Below are positions 56,437 through 64,000 of a stretch of DNA of 64,000 bases, one piece after another. The stretch's first letter is position 1, and each line of letters opens with the position of its first letter. Made by a program: the position numbers and the translations under genes. The notes under the pieces were generated by a model. That model saw nothing but the letters and a program-made list of their open reading frames with translations. It had not been told where the DNA came from and made no database searches. This DNA comes from the human T2T-CHM13v2.0 reference genome, Homo sapiens, in the NCBI RefSeq assembly GCF_009914755.1, contig NC_060929.1; one strand, written 5' to 3'.

Positions 56437-56890
56437 TGTGCTGGTTTCCTAGGCCTGCACAAACATATTACTGTAAACTGGGTGACCTAAAGCAACAGAA
56501 ATGTACTCTCACAGTTCTGGGGGCCAGACGTCTGAAATGAAGGTGTCTTGGGGCCAAGGTCTCTCTGGAGGCCCCAGGGGAGGACCCTTTCTGGCCTCCT
56601 CCAGGTCCCCCTGGGGGATGCCAGCTGTCCTGGGCTGCCTTTGCCTCACAGAAGCATCAGCCTTTTGCTGCCTCTGCTGTCTCTCCCTGTGTGTCCCTGT
56701 TGTGTTTCTGTCTTGTCTTCTCTTTGTAGGAACACCAGGCATGGCCTTAGGGACCACCTTAATCCAGTGTGGCCTCAGCTTAACTAATGGCATCTGCAAA
56801 GACCCAACTTCCAATGAGGCCACATTCACAAGGTACCAGGGGTTAGGGCTTCAACACATACTTCTGAGAAACACAATCTGACCCACCAGA
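56437..56890 (-). mobile_element. MLT1C-like LTR
   Basis: aaactgggtgacctaaagcaacagaaatgtactctcacagttctgg...catctgcaaagaccc...ggttagggcttcaac. Confidence 0.85.
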
Positions 56891-57498
56891 GGCCTTGACC
56901 AAGATGCCGTTTACAGGGCGGGCCCAGAAGATAAGACTTTGACTTCCCTAGAGGGGTCTTCAATCCCAGGAGCCCCAGGCATCCTGTGGCTTCAGGGTCT
57001 GCAGTATGAGCTCCTCACCCCACTGAGAGCCCCCTCTATGTCGGAAGACACCCCCAAGCCTCCAGGATGCTTCACAAAGAAGAGCAGGGCCTACAATGTA
57101 TGTGCAGGGAGAGGCCCTCATCTCCATTCCTTAGCCCCTGGAAGCATCCATTAGGAGAGACCCCGGCTGTGTCTGTGAACCCCATATTCTAAAACACATG
57201 ATCAAGGCTAAAATGACGACAATCACATGTAAAGACTGTTAACAAGACTTTTTCCTTCTTCATCTAATTTTTCACTGACGGCTTAAATCTCTGTTCTTAA
57301 CATAAAACCCTCCTTTGAGTGTTAGAGCATGTGTAAAAGGTGCAGCCTTAGTGAGAACAGACCATCCCATAGCATCTTTCCCTTTAAGAAATAAAGGAAA
57401 AAAATACCTTGACCAAGTTCAGAGTCAGTTGAGCCCAGTTTCCATCTTAATGAGCACTTTCTGGGATAAACTTGGTCCTTTAGAAATAGAAGCTTTCT

Positions 57499-57801
<303 letters not shown>

Positions 57802-59399
57802 AGAAATAGGACCTTTCTTCGTATTTTGATGCTAATAAAATCTTGAGTGTTCTTTACTCTGAGCAATATTTTAAACACTGGAAGACATTTTTTAAAAATA
57901 ACAAAAATGTGATCTCATTTCCCTTCCAACCCCGGGAAAAAAAAGTGCTGATTCCTTCCGGTGCTGTTTGCCAAGGGAAATCTATGCCTTAATTCAGGGC
58001 AGCTGTCATCTTTTGCAGTTTCTCCAGGAGAAAGAGTTATTCAGCCTCTCTGGGACTGCACAGCAAGGGAAGAAGGTACAGGAATATTCTGTGGTCTGAT
58101 TTCTCAGTGACAGGCCACATGGTCTGTTGTGAGTTTCACCAAATAGCATTTTCTTATCTTTGGATCTCCTGTAATGGCCAGGGTGAAAACTCTGGATTCC
58201 ACAGATTTGTCTAATTCTTACCGCAATTAAGGCAGTTGGGAAGTTTTTTCAGTTTTTATTTCATTTTAGCTCTTTTAAAAAGTCTTTTGCCCCAGATTGT
58301 TTTAATTTCTTGGTCTATCGGTGAACTGTTAATATAGTACTTGATACATGAATTGTGGGAAGAGCTTCAGCTATTCTATTGGGAGAAGGAGCCCAGCCGC
58401 CCAGGCCCACAGTCTCTGGCCCTGTTACCTTCATCTGGTGTGGGGCTGGCAGGGCCTGGGGTGGCTCTTGGACTGGCCTTCGCTGCCTCTGGTCTTCCTT
58501 TACTGAAAGCTGCCTTCACGTGGGGCATGCACGGCATCCTGGCCTTGCTGTCTGCTCTCCTCCAGGTCCAAACGGCAGATCAGAGGGTTGTTGGCACTGT
58601 AGAGACGTGCCCCCCACTCCCAGCCCTGCCACCTTCAGGGAGGGCTGGGGGCCTCTGACTATTGGCCCTGCCCCGACACCAAGAGGCCGACACAGGTGGC
58701 AGCAAGGGGTGTGAGACGCAGAGGCAGGCACGGTCCCCATAGCTCAGCTCTGGCCCCCAAGCCACCACCTATTGGCTGTGTACTTTAGAAGCCACAGCGG
58801 CCCTCCAGGGCCTTCTCCGTTATCTCCCAGCATGCCGAACAGTGCCAAAGGGAGCAGGGAAAAAGGACAAGAGGAAGCTTCCAGTTTCTATAAAAATTGC
58901 TTTTTGATAGCCCTGTCTTTTAGGCTCATCTCGGTATCTTGCATCTCTCTGCATATCTGTGAGAACTCGTTGAGAGGGAATGCAGTCTCTGGCCTACTCA
59001 GGCATCTACAATGGGGAGCTAATCTAGTCTAGGTTATTTGAAGCTCTGCTAAAATACTTTAAGTCTCTAAAGTTACTAGGGTTGCCTCCCGAGTAATCTA
59101 AGTCCCAGAGGTGAATTCTGGCACTTTCTAGGGATTTAGAGTCTTGTTATAAAAGAGAGTCAACCAACAGGGTGATCAATGAACTTTTGAATCTTATCCA
59201 ATGACGTCCATTTGATGCTTATCATTAACTTCACCGAGAAATACACCAAGCATTGTGGGGGAATACGAATGAATTCTAAAACATGGTATATTGTACAGAA
59301 TTCACAACTCAACAGTATATTTATGATTTAGATAAGGAGATAAGACTTAAGCAAATAAATCAGTGTGATAAAAAACCAAAATGAGATTAAAACAAACAA

Positions 59400-59960
59400 A
59401 CCTGAGCGAGTGGTGTGCCCTGGTCCAGGAGACACAGGTAGAAGAGTCAGGACAAACATCTCGAAGGAGCTGGAGATTAACGGGACGTAGGGGTGATTTC
59501 ACTAGCGTTGGGGCAGCGGTCCTCGGGCGCTGGGGCGAGCAGGAGTAACCGCACGGGTGTGAGGACAGGCACGGAGCGGCCCAGGCCGCGTTTCCCTGGA
59601 GGAGAGTGTGGGTGAGGGGCTGGGGGTGGGCAGGGAACCCGTGCACGCTGCGCCAGAATCCCAGGTTTCTCCTGGAGCCGCTGCAGGCCAGGACAGCTGC
59701 CGTGATGGGGGTGCTTTAGAAAGGTTCGTTTGGCGGCGGTGAGCAAGTGGAAGGTCATCTTGACTCTCCTTGGAAAATCGCCGTCCCCAGAGCCGCACTC
59801 TGAGCCTGCACGTGTTCCCCAGCGTCTGCCGCCCGTGCTTCTCCTGGTTCAGAAGGACGCGGAGCTCTCCCGCAGTGGCCGAGGCTCCCGCAGCGGGGGA
59901 GCGGAGATATTCATTTGCCTATTTCCAGCACTGCTATCTCAGTGGTATCTGCGCTCACAG
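59400..59960. promoter_or_regulatory. CpG-island-like segment, partly overlying a degraded L2
   Basis: High GC and CpG density compared with its flanks. Confidence 0.55.
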
Positions 59961-61389
59961 AACAAGTGCCCATTGGCTGCCTTTTGCCCACCCGTGCAGA
60001 TAAATCTCCCAGTTTATCTCCGCACACACAGGTGCCAAGTATTCACGAGGCTCCAGACCAGAGGCCCTTCTTAATTGCCCGCCATCAGGGTGCTCCCAGG
60101 GAGGCTTCCACAGCAAGGATAGCACCTGCCGCCTGCACATAGAGTCTTCGAATTCTACAGGGGTCGCTCCTGTCTTAGATCTTCTGGGAGCCTCGGAGTT
60201 ACTGACTGAGGGCTGGGGAGAGACCAACTGGACCCACAGCAGCTCTGGGGGATCCCCAATCGGGGGTTCTGGCAGAGAACGAGCCCGGCCTGCTTCAGTA
60301 GCATGGAGCTGGGGGTCCAGAACGCTGCCCACTCGCAGGTCCCGCTCCTCGGCTGTGAACACCACTCCAGTTCATGTGAAGGAACCACACTGGCCAGAGA
60401 ATAGCCCTTAAAGGTTATTCTCTAAATACTGATGCTTGAAAGCACCACCCCAGGGCTGAGAAAAGCACCTCCCAACAGGAGACGTTTGTTCTCAGTGTGG
60501 ACTCTGCGGGAGGCTTTGGGGTCCTGTAGAGGACAACGACCCGCTGGGAGCCTTGAGTTTGTGTGGAGGGCAACTATCGTGCAAGACCAATGCTCTTCTC
60601 TGACACCGGTCACCTGGCACCTGCAACGCCATGCAGCTCACCACACCCCGCAGTTCCTGGGCATCTGCAGGCTCCTGTGGTTCCAGGGGGCCTGGGGAGC
60701 TCAGCTCTGCCATGTCTTTGGGAAGAGGCCTTCTCCCCACAGGGCTGCAGTGACCCTCAGGCCCACACATCTTAGTCACTGGTACATGTGCAGGTTACTA
60801 AGTGGGCCCTGGGGGACACTGGCTGTTACAGGAGGTGTCCTGAGTGTCATGGTGAGATCTCCAGCATCCCATGCCTTTTCGGGTTGTGTGGAGGGCCACA
60901 GGCCCTGGCATCTGACCTGGGGAAGGTGTCCCGGGTCCTGTGCCCTGCACAAGTGGTGTGTACCTCAGCATGCTTGCTGAGAGGTAACACGTGACACAGG
61001 TAGCTACTGCCCACTCCTCCACGGCTTCCAGCAACACACCTAGAGACTGTCTCCTCTTTCCCAGCATTCCCCAACTGACGACATCGTCTTGCAAAATGTT
61101 GTTTAACCATCCTATGACTTAACTTTACAATTGGTAAAACCCCAGGCAGTACCCGCCATAGTTCCACCCCAGCACTCACTGCAGAGGCATCTGTTCCGAT
61201 GTCTGGATCTGTTGTGGAAGTGCCTTGGGATCTTCACCTGCAGTGGTTATTGGTCACAGTCTATGGCACACATCTGCAGGTGGAGGAGGAGGGGGAGAAG
61301 GGGTTTGGCCCATGGTGGTGACTGGCACCTCGAATGTCAGGCTTGGCGTAGCCCAGTGGTGCAGCCCACAGGCACTTCAGAGACATGGA

Positions 61390-62530
61390 GGGTGAGGCAG
61401 CGGGAGCTTCGAGATGAGCCCTAAGATTTGCAGCCTCTGATGTCCAGGCCCAAGTACACCCTTCCCCTGGGGTGTGATCAGACCTGTGGATGGCATGGGA
61501 TTTTGATCCCATGATGATTAGGTGACTTTGTAGGATGCATTCCTCAGCCAAGGCTGCCGTAACAACACAGCCGCACAGCCTGGGGCTTGGACGATGGGGA
61601 TTTGTCGTCTCACGGTGCTGGAGCTGAAGCCAGAGGTGAGGGGTCAGCATGGCCATTCCCTCCTGAGGCCTCTCTCCTGGGCATGTAGGCAGTGTCTTCT
61701 CTCCGTGTCCTCTGTGTCTGTGTCCTGACCTCCTCTTCTGAATCTGCTCCAGGCCTCTGTTCCAGCTCCTGGTAGTCGCTGGCAACTCTTGCTGTTCCTG
61801 GGCTGGTGGAAGCATCACCCCAGTCTCTGCCTTCACTGTCATGGGGCGTTCTCCCTGTTTGTATGTCTGTCTCCAAATATGTCCTTTGTATAAGGACAGC
61901 AGCCATAGTGGATTAGAACCCACCCCACATGGCCTCAGATAACTGTAATATCCTCTTTAAAGGATCCACCTCCAAATCCACTCACATTCTGAGGTATTGA
62001 GGGTTAGGACGTCAGCATATAGATTTTGTGGGGAATATACAATTTAGCCCAGAACATATGACCAAGATGAAGACATTTTGCATTTATAATTAAGGTCACA
62101 AATCAGGTGAGCTTTGAATCAATTAAAAGGAAAATTACCTTTGGTGGGCCTGACCTAATCAGGTGAGCACCCTAGAAGAGGGTCTGGGCTCTTCTGCAAA
62201 GAGAACGACACTTCTCTGCAGGCCTTGAATGAGCACACAGCCATGCTGTGAGCTGCGTGTGGAAGAGGTGGCTTCTAGAGCTGAGGGCTTTAGTCTCGCA
62301 GACACAGGAGGCTGAGTTCCATCAACACCATCCGCGGCTGGGGAGCCTCTTCCTAGCTGAGTTTCCTGGTGGAAATGCAGCTCGGCAGGCACCTTGACTG
62401 CAGCCTAGACAAACCTCGGGCAGAAGACCCAGCTAAGGCCTGCCCAGACTGACTCACCGGAGCTGTCAGATCCTAAACGAGTGCTGCACAGCTGGCGGTA
62501 ATTACTTCTGCAGAAACAGAAAACTACCTG
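61390..62530 (+). mobile_element. MLT1E-like LTR interrupted by an antisense MLT1
   Basis: cttcccctggggtgtgatcagacctgtg...gattagg [insert] ...taattaaggtcacaaatcag...ggtgggcctgacctaatcaggtgagc...gacccagctaaggcctgcccagact. Confidence 0.75.
61536..62056 (-). mobile_element. Composite MLT1A-like / MLT1B-like LTR
   Basis: tg...ca ends; 5-bp TSD tagga/tatga; subfamily switch near 61740. Confidence 0.75.
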
Positions 62531-63204
62531 GATGGGGAATGTTCTAGGTCCTCAGTCCAGGGAGAGTTTCTTCTCCCGTCCTTTATGATTGCAGAAATGA
62601 TCAAAACCTTCACATAATGCAAGCTTTCTGTGTTTGCTTGCATTTACTTATCTAATTTCTAGAAAAAGGAAGGCCTTGATTCTAGGAGAGAAAAGCAGAA
62701 GAGAAAATGCAATCCCTAAATGCCCTTGGGTAAACGAAGAATTCCTGGATCCATCAGTTTTTTTGGGGAAGCATTTGTCCTGAGCTTTTGGGGTGGTGGG
62801 TGTGGGCAGCTTTGCCTCTGCAGGCCGGGCTGAGCCCGCGGACTCCCTGGAGCCTCCCCTTTCCCCTTTGTCTCTCAAGGGAACTCATTGTTTACTTTTT
62901 GCATCGAGGCCCGGGGGTGCATGCGTGTTCTGGTGCTTCTCATCCCATGCTGGTTCACTACTCGATGCTCTGAGGAGTGTGGTGGGTTCGTAGGATTTTA
63001 TGTAGAAAAAAAGTGATTTTCACCACTCGGATGTGGGCTTTCCTTAAGCTCTCTTTTCTCTCAACCTTACTTTCACAGACTGTCTCAAATTTTCCTCCCA
63101 TTTGTCAGTCTCTAAACATGATGGCCTGTGTCTGCCCTGCCCACTCCACAGGCTTGAACTATTGAAGCCTGGGAGAGGCTGTAACAGAGACTCGAGTTGT
63201 ATGT

Positions 63205-63443
63205 TGCAGTGCCGAGATCTTGGCTCACTGCAGCCTCCACCTCCTGGGTTCAACCGATTCTCCTGCCTCAGCCTCCTGAGTAGCTGGGATTACAGACGCA
63301 CGCCACCACACCCAGCTAAGTTTTGTAGTTTTAGTAGAGACGGGGTTTTACCATGTTGGCCAGGATGGTCTTGATCTCTTGACCTCATGATCTGCGGCCT
63401 CCCAAAGCGCTGGGATTATAGGCGTGAGCCACCACACCTGGCC
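63205..63443 (-). mobile_element. AluSc-like lacking its 3' end and poly(A) tail
   Basis: gatggtcttgatctcttgacctc; homology starts abruptly at tgcagtgccgagatc with no T tract. Confidence 0.9.
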
Positions 63444-64000
63444 TGAATCTTCTTAAATGCATCACAGGCCTTGGCTCGAGAACCAACCCTCCTTCTCACC
63501 AGATGCCGAACCTCCATCAGCCACTTATGGCTCCGAGCCTCAGCTTCCTCTCTGGTAAAGGGGAGGTTGTACCATTCCTGTCTACAGAGGGATGCACCTG
63601 GAATGGGCTGGACACTCTTGATACGCAGGTTGTCGTCATCCTAGACCCAAGGAGGCTTTCTTGTGACTGAACAGAAGAGGGTGGCACCAGCAGCCTGGTG
63701 GTTAGCGGTCCTCGTGGCCGCTCCAAAGCCACCCAGTGCAATGAGCTGCCACACCTGCAAAGCTCCATTCAGCTGGGCGTGACTTTTAAATTCCGGGAAC
63801 TACAAAAGGTGATTCATCTTTCATTTGCATAGAAAGCATCCCTTGAGACATCTCTTATTTTTCTGATGTACAGTGACTTATCTTTATAGAAAATGACGAT
63901 TTTTACATGGGCACAATCAATCAAGAGGGTCGTCTTGATCCACATTGTTGAAATGGGGCTCATGTTGGGAGAGGCAGGGCCTCCAGATCTCTCTCTGGCC

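Overview
Primate (human/great-ape-type) non-coding genomic DNA, intergenic or intronic. I find no protein-coding exon, rRNA, tRNA or CRISPR array. All long ORFs are L1 remnants or artefacts of stop-free simple repeats. Much of the window is interspersed repeat: young L1PA copies (549-1735 -, 8316-10288 +, 44966-46121 +), old L1M, 10 Alus, MaLR LTRs (MLT1, THE1D), a MER4-group LTR, an MLT2/ERVL relic, MER53, MER5, MIR and L2. It also holds two large minisatellites (16-bp polypurine, ~99 units; 28/36-bp CA-rich) and several TAAT-rich or CpG-rich unique blocks that look like enhancers. I see no evidence for a new multi-gene system. The most unusual structures are: (1) an inverted ~100-bp duplication whose left arm expanded into a VNTR, both arms ending in outward-facing AG|GTGAGTAAA splice donors; (2) a 127-bp twin-priming-like L1 insertion made of an inverted ORF2 fragment joined directly to poly(A); (3) two L1PA copies ~36 kb apart that share apparently non-consensus bases. 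Subfamily names come from remembered consensus sequences, and boundaries of old repeats are approximate.
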